From: Patellaria atrata CBS 101060
Lineage: Eukaryota
Length of the DNA: 64,000 bases
NCBI GenBank assembly: GCA_010093705.1
Contig: MU006090.1
Location: forward strand, 1,329,817 to 1,393,816
Reading direction: 5' to 3'
This document shows, one piece after another, positions 35,942 through 47,592 of the stretch. The position numbers and the translations under genes were made by a program. The notes under the pieces were generated by a model. That model was not told the origin of the DNA. It did no database searches and saw only the letters and a list, made by a program, of their open reading frames with translations. Each line of letters begins with the position of its first letter. Position 1 is the stretch's first letter.

Positions 35942-37303
35942 ATGTCTTCATTACGGTCGTGGTTGTACATTCCCAAGAACTCACACTTCTCCCTTGCAAA
36001 TATACCATTCGGTATCATTAGCACTGCCGAGTCTACAGAACCTCGCCCAGCGATCGCAATTGGAGACTGTGCACTAGATCTTAAGGTTTTCGCCGCGAAT
36101 AACGGATTCTCCGCCCTCTCAACCGTCCAACCTCACCATAAGGTTTTCTCAGAACCGACACTGAATGCGTTTGCTGCGCTGGGTCGCCCAATCCATAGTA
36201 TCGTACGTAAATACTTACAAAATGTGTTCCTAGACGACACACCTTTTCCAGAGGTTCTCAAGACAAACCCTGCGTTACAGAAACAGGCTCTCGTACCCCT
36301 TAAAGAGCTCCAAACACACTTACCGTTCACAATTGGAGACTATACCGACTTCTACGCCGGTCTGAATCATGCATACAATGCAGGTGTAGTATTCCGTGGG
36401 CCCAACAATGCTCTACAACCCAATTACAAACATCTACCAGTGGGTTATCATGGACGAGCCTCATCAGTGGTAGTGTCCGGTACCGATATCCGTCGACCCA
36501 AAGGACAGATTTTAGAGAATCCTGCGGCAGAAAAGAAAGTCCCTATTTTAGCATCGACCCGGAAACTAGACATCGAATTAGAGCTAGGGGCCTTCATTTG
36601 CAGGAACAATGCCATGGGCGAATCTGTCTCAGTTGATGAAGCTGAGCAGACTCTCTTTGGCTTAGTACTTTTGAATGATTGGTCAGCACGCGACATCCAA
36701 GGTTGGGAAGCCGTTCCACTCGGACCCTTCCTCTCCAAAAGCTTTGGTACTAGCATCAGTCCATGGGTAGTCCTCGCAGACGCACTGGAACCCTTTCTAG
36801 TGAAAGGTCTCGAAAATGATACCCAGATCCTCCCCTACCTACAGGAAGCACGCGAGAAAAATGTCTACAACATTAATCTCGCTGTAACGCTCAAAAGTAT
36901 GTCTAGTATAAGATTAGTCTTTCCCAAACTGGATGTGTGGTCAAAATAAACTGATATCAATCCAGCATCTTCTTCTGAGAGCCGGTCAACAATTTGCAAG
37001 ACAAACTCCCGGAACCTTCTCTTCTCCTTTCCGCAGATGATCGCTCACCATACCGTGAGCGGCTGTCCACTCCGCGTTGGAGACCTCCTTGGTTCAGGTA
37101 CCATCAGCGGGACTTCTCCGTCCTCTTGCGGTAGTTTGCTCGAACAGAACGCGAATGGCAAAGGTAGCATCGCACTTAGTAACGGTGAGAACCGGACTTT
37201 CCTAGAAGATGGTGACGAGGTACGACTAAGTGGATTTTGCGGTGAAGATGATGTCCTAGTTGGTTTTGGAGAGTGTATCGGAAAGATTCTACCCTCCTTG
37301 TAA
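35942..37303 (+). CDS. fahA: Fumarylacetoacetate hydrolase
   Basis: SHFSLANIPFG, GDYTDFYAG..HA, LPVGYHGRASS, LDIELELG, NDWSARDIQ, GDLLGSGTISG. Intron 36897-36965. Confidence 0.97.
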
Positions 37304-37954
37304 ATGTCGCGAGACCTTCTCCCAGAACGTACCGTCGCGCGAGTCGATAATCTTTGGATATCGTATATTTCTAAGAAAAAGTAAGCATGTCCTTTGAGGC
37401 ATTATTCACTGGTAGATTGCAAGATGTATGGTAAGTGAATAGTTCTAGGAAAACACTGGATGGCCTTGAGGGATGGATTGTACTTTGTGTAGTACAGTCT
37501 AGCGAGAAACGGCAACTGACCATGAACGAGCGATTGTACACTATAGCGCTGATACGTCTTGAATTTCTTACTCTAAATTACCTCTGTCCTTGAATTGAGC
37601 TATGGCGCTCAATGAATACTAGCATGCATATCAAATATAAGGAACTGAAGCATCATTACGCAATGATGGCGGCAAACTAACTTTTGTCACATATTCACCA
37701 TATAGTACACGAATAACGATAGAATGTTTTAAGGCGCTTTATTTTACCGTTGTAAATTGAACTGTGATCGGAATTTACACCATGATATTGTCCACTTTGT
37801 AGTACTGCCTTAGATTCGTGTGAAGTGAATCTTAGAAGTACCGTACCTTGCTAGCTCATCCATATCCCCCTAACCTCACTCCATATACCGTATCAAATAC
37901 TTACAATGCTTCGATAGTAAGTAGCAATGAATACACAATAAAATCTAGAATATA

Positions 37955-38800
37955 ATGTCCTTCCACTCCCCGCGCCAGTCTCAGTCTCAGTTCCAATACA
38001 ATCCATCAACTCCTCCCCTACCTCCGCCTAAACCTTCAGGTCATTCTAGTTCTCGCGGGACGCCCGTTACAGGACCACCTCTTCCACCTCCACCCCCAGG
38101 ACAATCGGGTTCGCCATATCTCAGGGACCAGCAGAACAATGCTAGAACTACAATTTTACCGGATCAATATCCGCAACAGCATGCCTCGGCCCCTCATATT
38201 CAGGTTCCAGAAGAAGGATGGCTTCCGGACATCCTAAAGGACAAAGCGTAGATCGTCCCTATATTATTTTAAAGTAAAAGATAGCATATACTAATATTCA
38301 ACAGCACCCCTGATCTTCACGCGGTACTTCAAGACGCCGCTCTGCAAAAGGCACTCACCCATGACCCTCACACTACACACCCCTCTATCCCGGCCTCCAC
38401 CGCACCCCTCGACGCCATCCTAACCGCAAATCTCCAGCTCGCCCACTCCCTAAACGACCTGCACACACACCTTCAGCATACACGTGCCTCGACGCAGTCA
38501 CGGCTGCTCGCCCTGCGCGCACTAGAAGGCCAGTGGCGTGCCAAACAGACCGAACAGGACGCTGCGTTACGTGAGTTCAGCCCCCCGGCGTTATATCAGC
38601 GATTAAGTGCGGCGGTGGGCGAGCAGGAGGCTTTATGTCGGGGTCTGGAGGAGAGTTTTTTGGAGGGTGAAGGCCGCGCTGACGAGAGGGAAGTCGCGGA
38701 GTTTGTGAGACGAGTGAGAGAGGGGAAGAAGATCGGGTATTTGAGGAGAGAGAGGAGGGAGAGGTGGGATGAGGGTAGAGTCGGAGGTTGGAGAGGGTGA
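37955..38800 (+). CDS. VPS37: ESCRT-I subunit Vps37 (Mod_r domain)
   Basis: Pro-rich N-terminus, coiled coil, C-terminal LEESFLEG...FVRRVREG..YLRRERRERWDEGRVGGWR. Intron 38248-38304. Confidence 0.8.
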
Positions 38801-39316
38801 TCAATAAAGTAAGGAGTTGCTGAGTTACGGTTGATAAAGTTCTACCATGTCCGGCCGCCCTGGTGGACCAAAGCGAATGTGAAAGCACACACGATCAACC
38901 CTTGGATGGATTATAGCAATGAACTAGATTATAGGAGTCGGAGAAGTTTAGCGTCCGGATCTTGGAAACTTATTCTCAATATGAAACCACATTCGGGCAT
39001 CCTATGGAAGTACAGTATATTGAAGCCAGCTCTATCCAGAGCTGCCGGGGATAATAACATGAATATGGGATATGATTAGACCGCACGCCGCACATCGTGT
39101 TTGATGTCCCGCTATTTGAAGAGATTGCCTATATATTTAACTCCCGCCTAGTGCTGAAACCGAAACGCATTCATCAATCGTCGGATTCGTCTTCATCCTT
39201 CCAGATCGTGGGCCAATGTATAAACGAGCTAATTTTAGATATCTTCTCCGAACACCAGCAGAGTAGTTGATCGTCGCCAGGGTCGTGACTCCAACACTGT
39301 TCTTGCTGTTCGATCA

Positions 39317-40540
39317 TCATGTTAGTGTATCTACAGTCATAATTATACTCGATAGACTTACAGGTAGGCACGGACCTTCATCCGTTATTTGGTTCCACCA
39401 TACCTTATTTGCCCGGAGTATAGACTTGTCTACGAGCCATTCTTCTACTCTCGACGGAATATGTTTCCAATCTCCGCCCCTCAGAGTCTTGATTACATGT
39501 CTGACTTTATTCTTCTTAGGCGGGTGATATACGAAGAATCGATCGATATTAAACTGACGCTTATCATCGACCTTAGAAAGTTCATTAGAATTAACTCCCA
39601 CTAGTTCGAGGCCGAGGTCCAGGGTCTTAACATTCGGAAGCCGTTCTAAGAATCGTTCCACGGTGTTGTAAAGTTTTACATCCGTGTCTTTAGCATCCAA
39701 GAATCGTGATGTGGTACGGTACGATTGGTCGAAGTTGCCATTCATATTCCACGTACTGTCAAGCTGCGTTTGGGTTGTCGGGTGTATGGAAACAGTATTC
39801 CACATCCCCCAGTTCGGTGTGTATTTGAGCCGCCTACGATCAAAAGCCGTCAATTCCGAATGCGCTACATTTGCCGACGCATCTTCGACCTCTGAATCGT
39901 CGTCCATTGTGAGATCGATAACTTCTTTACCCCCATCTTGGAGACAGTCCCATCCCCATCCCGCGTGCCACCTTGCGACGATGACGAGACTGATGACCAA
40001 CTTTCGGCCTTCCAGCTTCCAGAAGCTTTCATCGAACACGAAATCGTATGGCTGATCTGGCGTGTTTTCTATGTAAATGTACAGGACTTTATTTGTATTC
40101 CTAACAATGGTATCGAGAAACTCTGCTTGGAGCTGCTTGCATGAAAGCATGAGGGCCAAACGACCTTTCCGAAGCTGTATTTCGTCGTCGTACTCATCTA
40201 GGATTTCCTGCGGAATCCCCATGTCATTCCTGTCAGAATTTGGTTTCCATTCTGGATCCGCAGGATCATCGACGTATTCCAAACTCTCCACCTCTTCATC
40301 TCCTGCCCTGCCTAGCGTGGCCATTGAGCTGCTGCTATCAGATAAAGGATCTGATATGCTCTCTGATGTTCGATCTGATGTCCTAGTAGAAACGGCTGTG
40401 GATGCATCACAAGATTCCATGTCATTTTCTTCCACAACGTTCCACAATGGCGATGGTAGATGAACTCGGACATGATCGTGAGGGATGAAGTACATGTAAA
40501 TATGATCTCGCATTTCAAGAGGGAGTCCCATGAAAGACAT
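39317..40540 (-). CDS. Hypothetical protein with N-terminal F-box-like motif
   Basis: SFMGLPLEMRDHIYMY, followed by LMLSCKQLQAE after an acidic insert; 407-aa intronless ORF. Confidence 0.75.
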   Translation of the reverse strand: MSFMGLPLEMRDHIYMYFIPHDHVRVHLPSPLWNVVEENDMESCDASTAVSTRTSDRTSESISDPLSDSSSSMATLGRAGDEEVESLEYVDDPADPEWKPNSDRNDMGIPQEILDEYDDEIQLRKGRLALMLSCKQLQAEFLDTIVRNTNKVLYIYIENTPDQPYDFVFDESFWKLEGRKLVISLVIVARWHAGWGWDCLQDGGKEVIDLTMDDDSEVEDASANVAHSELTAFDRRRLKYTPNWGMWNTVSIHPTTQTQLDSTWNMNGNFDQSYRTTSRFLDAKDTDVKLYNTVERFLERLPNVKTLDLGLELVGVNSNELSKVDDKRQFNIDRFFVYHPPKKNKVRHVIKTLRGGDWKHIPSRVEEWLVDKSILRANKVWWNQITDEGPCLPVSLSSIIMTVDTLT

Positions 40541-41352
40541 TGTCGGTGCGCCTGAGGCTTACTTACTCAACCTAAAGTATTGTAGTGATGTTGTCGAAGT
40601 TCGATTGTCGAAGGGAGACGCTTTTTCTAGAAAAGACTGAAGAAGAAATAGACGTATACTGTGAAGGGTAGAGCTTCTAGCTTCGGGTCCGGTGAACAAG
40701 CACTGGGAGATTCTTATCTGATAAATGCTCACATGAAGAAATGATGTTAGCTAGTGAAGACCACAACCTTGAGCTATGATAGGACGAGAGATATCACTAT
40801 TTTGGTAATGACGTCTGATAGTCGGGGTTGAGACGGATATTAGATAGAAGCTAGAGCGTGTACTTCACTATAGTTCATCAACACTGACTAGCCTATGACC
40901 ACCAGGCAATAGAAGATGTTCTCATTAAGGAGGCCACCTCAGTTGCTAGGCAACTATATAGTCCAAAGGGTCAGGCTGGGAATAGATGGCGGGTACGAAA
41001 GATGCCTAGCGTCGGTTATACGGTCAAGGCTTTAGGGTAGGTACGGCATCCGGATAACTTCACAAGCCACGATGATCACCCGTCTATGTGGCTTTAACTG
41101 CTTAACTGAACACCACAGCAGCTCAAGGCATTCATTAGGTTCGAAGAAGATGACACGCCCTTTAAGTCACCGTAGCCCGTTCATTCCTATACTGCAAGGT
41201 TCCACCTGTCTAATATTACCTTACTTCTTACCTTTCCAAACCTATAGTTCTACTTGCGTCGTTGCTTCTTTAGTTTGGCAACTATGTACACTTTGTTTAC
41301 ATCAAGTCTCTCTGGTTGATGCATTCCATTTCTTTCTTTCCATACTAGCAAC

Positions 41353-43632
41353 ATGCCTTCTTTTTTCCGCTCTGTAAATGATGCCACATCTGCGGATGAG
41401 TCAAGTAGCACGTCTGATGAAGATGTCGCCTCAGATATAGAACAGAATCCGACTTCTGAACCCGATGAACAATTGCACAAGGCCAGTGATATCCGGACCG
41501 ATGAAGGTGATCAGCACGACGTCTTAGTCACTGTCAACCAGACTACCGCTTCTAGAGTAATGTCCCAAGATGCACAAAATCATAGCAATATGATATTGCA
41601 TGCTTTACTTGAAGACAAGTGCCTTTCGGATGCCGTCGAACATTTCAACAAGAGAGATAACGGAAAACAAGTCAGTGGTTCTCGACAATATACCAAAGAT
41701 GACCCAGAAGTCAAGGCTTTCGCGGCTACGAAGTATCGTTATATGTCTGAAAGCCTTGGTACTTATGGTCTTATTGCTCCAGGCCTTCATAAGGAAGAGC
41801 AACGGCAGACAAGACAGGACTATCGGCGAGCTCTTGATTATCTATCCACTAAGAGTTCTGCTGATGTTGCTGTTGCTCTCGAAGCCAGATCTGGTGAACC
41901 TGAACTTCGAAAATCTGCAATTGCTCTGGCAAACAACAATCTGGTTGCAGGTTTTAGTAAACTGACATTCTCTGCAAAGCCAAGCAATCAGAATGTTTCC
42001 CATAAAGATGCACGCAGCTTGTTAGAGAGTTCAACTTCGCATCTTCCATTGCTTCTACAGCCCCTGGTCGATCATCCATTAGTACAGACTTCACGTTATC
42101 AGCGCGATTTCACTGAAGTCTGCACTCTTGGAAAGGGAGGATATGGAACAGTATACCGTGCTATGCATAGGCTGGATGGGGTCCACTATGCGCTGAAAAA
42201 GATATCTCTAAATCCTGTTCGGATCCAAAAGATCCATGACCGCGGACAGCTGGAACTAGATCGCCTCCTTAACGAACTCAGGACTATTGCGCATATGGAC
42301 CATCCCAATATTGTGCGATATTATAATGGATGGATCGAATATTCTCCTCCAGAAGCTCAAGCATTACCTTTGCCTATGTCATCAACAACTAGCCCCCGGA
42401 ATCCGCATCTGGAATACACTAGCTCGGAAGACCAGTTGAGAGAAGGTCCAAGCACTTCCAACCGCTTTCACGGCCATGTACTTAGCAGTAGTCTTGGTAC
42501 TTCTGATTACGAAGCTGCAGACAATGTTTTGTTCGAGAATACCGACGGGGATCAATCCTTGGAACGAGGTATAGGCATTGAATTCAGAGAAGACGCCAAC
42601 ATTACAAGTAATTCGCCACCGCAACCTATAGTCAGTCGGCGGCGGAGGCGACTATCTCATGCTACTGTTTCATCAACGATGTCAAAGCGCAGCACAATTC
42701 GCAGTGTAGGTATAGAAGAAGATGACGAAGAAGTCGAAATGATACCAAGAGGAGAAATGAACTTCTCGGACCACGAAACGTCCCTCTTCGATCCTCTACC
42801 CAGCGACATGCTATTCGACCACTCCCTCGCCGGCCAACAATCTAATGCGCTACCTCCCCACCGGGATCCGCTCCTCCCAACACTCACCCTTCATATCCAA
42901 ATGTCCCTCTACCCCCTTACCCTTGCGGACTTCATCTCCCGATCGTCACACTCCCCGCAACCCTCGTTATCCCCCATGTTCCCCACCTCGGACACTCTCA
43001 CCGCCCTTCACCACTGTTTTCACAAACGACTTTCCATACAGATTCTTCTCTTAATCCTCGCCGGCGTCGAATACCTTCACTCAACCGGCATAGTCCACCG
43101 CGACCTCAAACCCGGCAACATCTTCCTTTCCGCCTTCCCCAGCACGTATCCCAACGCCGGCTGCATCCGCTTCGACTGCCACGACTGCAACCAACCAACC
43201 CGAAATCCCATCCAACTCAACGTTCGTATCGGGGATTTCGGGCTCGTGACCGCCATTGCGCGGCCGGATGACACTTCTCCCGTTGTTGCTGCGAAGGCGG
43301 TCGGCACGGAGTTTTACAGACCGCCAGTGGGTAACGGAAAGGGTCACGCAAACGAGAAACTCGATGTGTTCGCTTTGGGCGTTGTGCTGTTTGAGATGCT
43401 CTGGCGGTTTGGGACTAGGATGGAGAGGTATGAGATTTTGACTTTACTGAAGAAGGGGAGCTTGCCTAGTGACTTTAGGCAGAAAATGGGGGAGCAGGGG
43501 AGGAAGCTTGAAGAGTGTATTCTTGGGATGGTGAGGGAGGATGAGAGGGAGAGATTGGGGTGTAAGGAGGTTAGGGGACAATTGGAGGGGGTGTTGAAGG
43601 GGTTGGAGAGGGGTGGTGTGGTTAATCAGTAG
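41353..43632 (+). CDS. eIF2-alpha (PEK, HRI-like) protein kinase
   Basis: SRYQRDF..LGKGGYG.VY..HRLDG..YALKKI, HPNIVRYY, long kinase insert, LHIQM, HRDLKPGNIF, IGDFGL, GTEFY. Confidence 0.9.
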   Translation: MPSFFRSVNDATSADESSSTSDEDVASDIEQNPTSEPDEQLHKASDIRTDEGDQHDVLVTVNQTTASRVMSQDAQNHSNMILHALLEDKCLSDAVEHFNKRDNGKQVSGSRQYTKDDPEVKAFAATKYRYMSESLGTYGLIAPGLHKEEQRQTRQDYRRALDYLSTKSSADVAVALEARSGEPELRKSAIALANNNLVAGFSKLTFSAKPSNQNVSHKDARSLLESSTSHLPLLLQPLVDHPLVQTSRYQRDFTEVCTLGKGGYGTVYRAMHRLDGVHYALKKISLNPVRIQKIHDRGQLELDRLLNELRTIAHMDHPNIVRYYNGWIEYSPPEAQALPLPMSSTTSPRNPHLEYTSSEDQLREGPSTSNRFHGHVLSSSLGTSDYEAADNVLFENTDGDQSLERGIGIEFREDANITSNSPPQPIVSRRRRRLSHATVSSTMSKRSTIRSVGIEEDDEEVEMIPRGEMNFSDHETSLFDPLPSDMLFDHSLAGQQSNALPPHRDPLLPTLTLHIQMSLYPLTLADFISRSSHSPQPSLSPMFPTSDTLTALHHCFHKRLSIQILLLILAGVEYLHSTGIVHRDLKPGNIFLSAFPSTYPNAGCIRFDCHDCNQPTRNPIQLNVRIGDFGLVTAIARPDDTSPVVAAKAVGTEFYRPPVGNGKGHANEKLDVFALGVVLFEMLWRFGTRMERYEILTLLKKGSLPSDFRQKMGEQGRKLEECILGMVREDERERLGCKEVRGQLEGVLKGLERGGVVNQ

Positions 43633-44545
43633 GAATGTTAGGATGGGATAACGGGATTATTGTATTATAAACCTTAGAATCAAAATGAATTAAAAAAAAT
43701 AGATTTACAGTACTTTTTCGCTAACCACTAAAACTTGCTTTATAGATAAACACGCCCATAGAGTGTTCATAGGACCGGGAGAGACCTGGGTCCGCACTAG
43801 GGTGACAAATGCTCGAATTGATAGACCCCATGATTGAGATCAATCGTTGACCCTTAAAAAAGTGGCAATATGGTCTGAAAGTGCAGATGAACCTTTGAAC
43901 TGCCTAAGCCGGTTGCATTGCGCGGTCCTAAATATGAGGAAACCGCGTCGAGAACATGATTGGTCGCAGACGTGCACTTGAAAAATTAGGAAGAAGTAGA
44001 TTAAGGGTCAGCATAGTGTGATGGATTGCTAATGTACCAGTTGCGCTATGAATATTCCGCAATCGAGCATTTTCAGTAGTATACTGACCGTGTTATGGGC
44101 AGCAGTCCTAGATCAAAGGATGCTTGATGTACAACCGCGGGTCAGGTTTGTGGGGGAAGGACCAAGAGCTCTGAGGGATACATATGATTCGAGACTCGTA
44201 CAATAGGATATCTTTGTATGATCTAGGTCGTGATAAACGACGGAGTGGGAAGCCTTTCGCCCATAACCGTACAGTAGGCTAGGAGACAAATGGTTTTGGT
44301 TTGCGTACAGCTCGCGGTATTCGTACATATACATTCGCTATGCGCAACGTAGTCAGAAGTTATTGTTTTAGGAATCGTACAGTAGCTCAGGAATACTACG
44401 CCAAGGAGAAAATAGTTACAAGCGTTGGCTACTGGCATGAAAACGGATATTTTATTGGCCCAAAGCATTTTTGATACAGATATCTTACAATTGCACCTAA
44501 ACCGAGTTGCATTATTCCTCCATACTAAGACCTCAGCCGAACCCT

Positions 44546-45188
44546 CTATGTGGTAGACTCCTCCTTCCACTTGTCCCGGCCCTCAAGCAACCGCTTCGCC
44601 TGCACAGCAATCGACTCCCTCTCTTCAGGCCGCTTAGCCGCATACCTAAGCGGCCTCGTCTTATTCTGCATATCTTCATGGGCGTGCTTGGTCGCATCAT
44701 ATTTCGACTTATCCCACCTACATCACGCACCCATCAGCATTCATCCACCAAACTGAACAACCCCAATTTGGGGAAATACTCACAATTCGTAATCCTCCGG
44801 CTCCGCCGGCCAAACGAACGGACTGTCCATCTCGATTGTCATCCTTTTCACCGCCCTAGGCCTGTGCCATTTTCGCGGTTTCGGAAGCCGTGCGAACCTT
44901 TTGTCGGCCCGGACTTTCTGCTGGTGGACGTAGGAGCGGACGCGGAGGGCGCGCACACCGTACGCGTGCCAGAGGTAATCGCGCAGATCGAGCTTGTTGA
45001 AGGTTAAGGGGACGATGAAGCGGGCGAAGGTTGGGGGGAGCCTGGGGGAGCGTAGGAGGGTGATGATGTGGTTGGGCCTAAGGGGATAAATTAGTGGGGG
45101 GGAATTGGGGTGGTAGGATGGGAGGGATGTACAAGAATACTTGCTTGCGCCCGACTATGAAGTGGGGGTTTAGGGATTTGGAAGCCAT
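44546..45188 (-). CDS. MRP20: Mitochondrial ribosomal protein uL23m
   Basis: Exons 45188-45133, 45077-44784 and 44717-44546 give GRKQVFLPN..., F.VPLTFNKLDLRDYLWHAYGV, KRMTIEM..PFVWP. Confidence 0.9.
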
Positions 45189-46272
45189 TTGATGGGCATT
45201 GGGGGTGTGGATGGGTGCTTGGGAGATGTCAAGAAACTTTTGGAGGATATCCTTGAAGCTTAACGAGAGGGTTCTGTTGCTGGTGGTGCAAACGCGCCAA
45301 GGCCTGACCATTTCTCTCTCTCCGCGCTTGTACTTATTCGGACGACATTCAATGGTGTAATATTTTTAGGAGCGGTTCAAAATTTAAGAGTATACATTAT
45401 CGTCAATTCAAATGCATACATAAAGTTGATGATCAGTTTCTGCAAGAAGAAGTCTGGGAATTATGGCTTCGGTTGAACCTAGCGAACAACTGGAGCACTA
45501 CAATCCAGTATTCAGATGGTTAGGCATTAAACCAATCATAATTAAGCCGTCAGTGATGCTGTGATAGATATCCCTTGAAGAGGACTGACAATTTACCAGT
45601 GACAATACTTATGAAAATTCGGTTTTCCTTGAACGTCCTCTTCTTGGACCACTTCTTTTCGAGAACAATTCGTCAGATGCTCGTGATCATGCAGCAAATG
45701 AGAGAAGTATGTCCTTCAATGTTAGTACTTGCCTGTTAACTGACTCTGGACAGCGTTTCTATCATGGCTACGACTGTCAGTATATATGGCTATAGTATCT
45801 ACGGCCATAGTCTTGTCGTTTCATCTGAAACGACAGCCTACAGTTATGGGTAATTTTGGACCCCTTATATGAATATGGTCCACTAAGGAGATTATAGAGA
45901 AACGATTTGCATTACCATTCGGTATTATCTTCTGGCTCCTATCGGTTGCTTGTCTAGCTAGTGGATTGGCAAATTACATCGCAACTGTAACTAAGTACAG
46001 CCAACGACGGGCTCTAGTGCAATCCGGATGGAAGACGCAGATGGTAACTAAACGCTAGACATTATAAAAACGCATGGCTAATTCATATTAGGTCTTCACA
46101 GTGGTGGCAACGGCGATTGTTGCAGCTTGTATATTGCTTCTTTCCACACATTCGGTTTCAAGCCGTTAAAATCTTCCTATCTTAGGCTGCATATGTCTCG
46201 ACCTCTTCAGAGTGATAATACTTCGTATATCATAGCGGTATCGTCGTGAGCCGCTTCTGATTCCCAATTTGG

Positions 46273-47255
46273 TTAGATATCCAGTGGGGCCCACGTCTCA
46301 TCATCCACGGTTGTGTAGATCGCCCCCATTTCCAAGAGTTCAAACCCAGCTCTCCCTACTTCTGATAACTCCATACCTATTCTTGATGCAATGTATTGAC
46401 AGTGTAGACCCGTATGAGATTGTTCTGAAGTTCTAATGCACTCATAGACCTTTCTAGCAGCGGGAGACATCGATGTCAGCAGTCCTTGTTGGCCTCCATA
46501 GTTATTTTGCTGTTCCGTATAACCGCCGTTATTTGTTGTAGTGGCGACACCAGTTCCAGGTGGTCCTCGTGTGAAGTGCAAGTGCACCACTGTAGCTTCT
46601 AACAGGTGATAAGAAATTTCGTTGTAGTCTGTAATAGGTCGAACGACATGAGCGGTGACATTTCTCCTATTGTTGAATGCTTTTAGACGGCCCCATACTC
46701 GGGCGTATGTATTTGCTACGAGTTTTGGTTTCGAATCGTCTGTATCCATATCGTTGATTGCGTCGGCATCTATCCATTTCTTTACTTCTATTGTACCAGT
46801 ACCATCATCAAACGTATAGTTGGTATGAGTAGCTTGCGATGATAGACTTCGTATTTGTCCAACGAATGTGAGCTACATCAAGATTTAGTTCAGGCTGTAC
46901 GATAGTACTTTGACGCGAAGGTACCTGTGTAATTTCCGCACCATCTATTTTGAACTCAGCATCTGGGTGCGGCTGCTGAGCATCAAGCAGTTGCTTAATG
47001 GTCACGGGTCTTAAAGTATCGTTGCCATGAGACTATCGAGATTTTATAGTCAGTGAGAAGGCTTAATAAAGATATGATGCATTACCTACCCTGTTTGCGG
47101 ATGGGCTGCTCTGGCTACCTTGATTCATGAAACCTCCTCCGCCAGATCCTCCTTGAGCTCCATAACTTGTAGTGGAATATCCACCACCGTAACCACTATA
47201 CTCTACAGATTTGTTAGCATGGACAACTTCACAAACGACAGACAGATTTACCCAT
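46273..47255 (-). CDS. RFA2: Replication protein A 32-kDa subunit
   Basis: GGFM, TLRPVTIKQL, OB fold (FDDGTGTIEVKKW), HLLEATVVHL, C-terminal winged helix IYTTVDDETW; three introns. Confidence 0.93.
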
Positions 47256-47416
47256 CTTGATGTGGTGCGGGCCGCTAAGAATGGAGCCGGATCACTGAAA
47301 TGGACTGATACAATTCTCTATAGCAAAATTTGACGTGATTGCATACGCTCAACCTAGATGTTTGGAGATAGTATGGCGTTCGTGAATAGGTTACAGTACG
47401 GAGTAGAGCAGTTTAA

Positions 47417-47442
47417 ACGCGATCGATTGGAGAAGAACGCGT
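47417..47442. promoter_or_regulatory. MCB-like (ACGCGA/ACGCGT) cell-cycle elements in the RPA2/DBP10 divergent promoter
   Basis: ACGCGA at 47417-47422 and ACGCGT at 47437-47442, ~170 bp upstream of RPA2, a typical G1/S gene. Confidence 0.5.
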
Positions 47443-47592
47443 CGGTAAGGTGTCGCCCGCTTGCCCCTCCACTTTGGACCCTGAAGTTTGAGGGTCTGAG
47501 CTCAAATTTAGTTTTAATGTCTTGGCAGAATGATATTTTTCAACATCGGTGATGGTAACAGATTGTAAGCTGCAATAAATCTGACCATCGAA

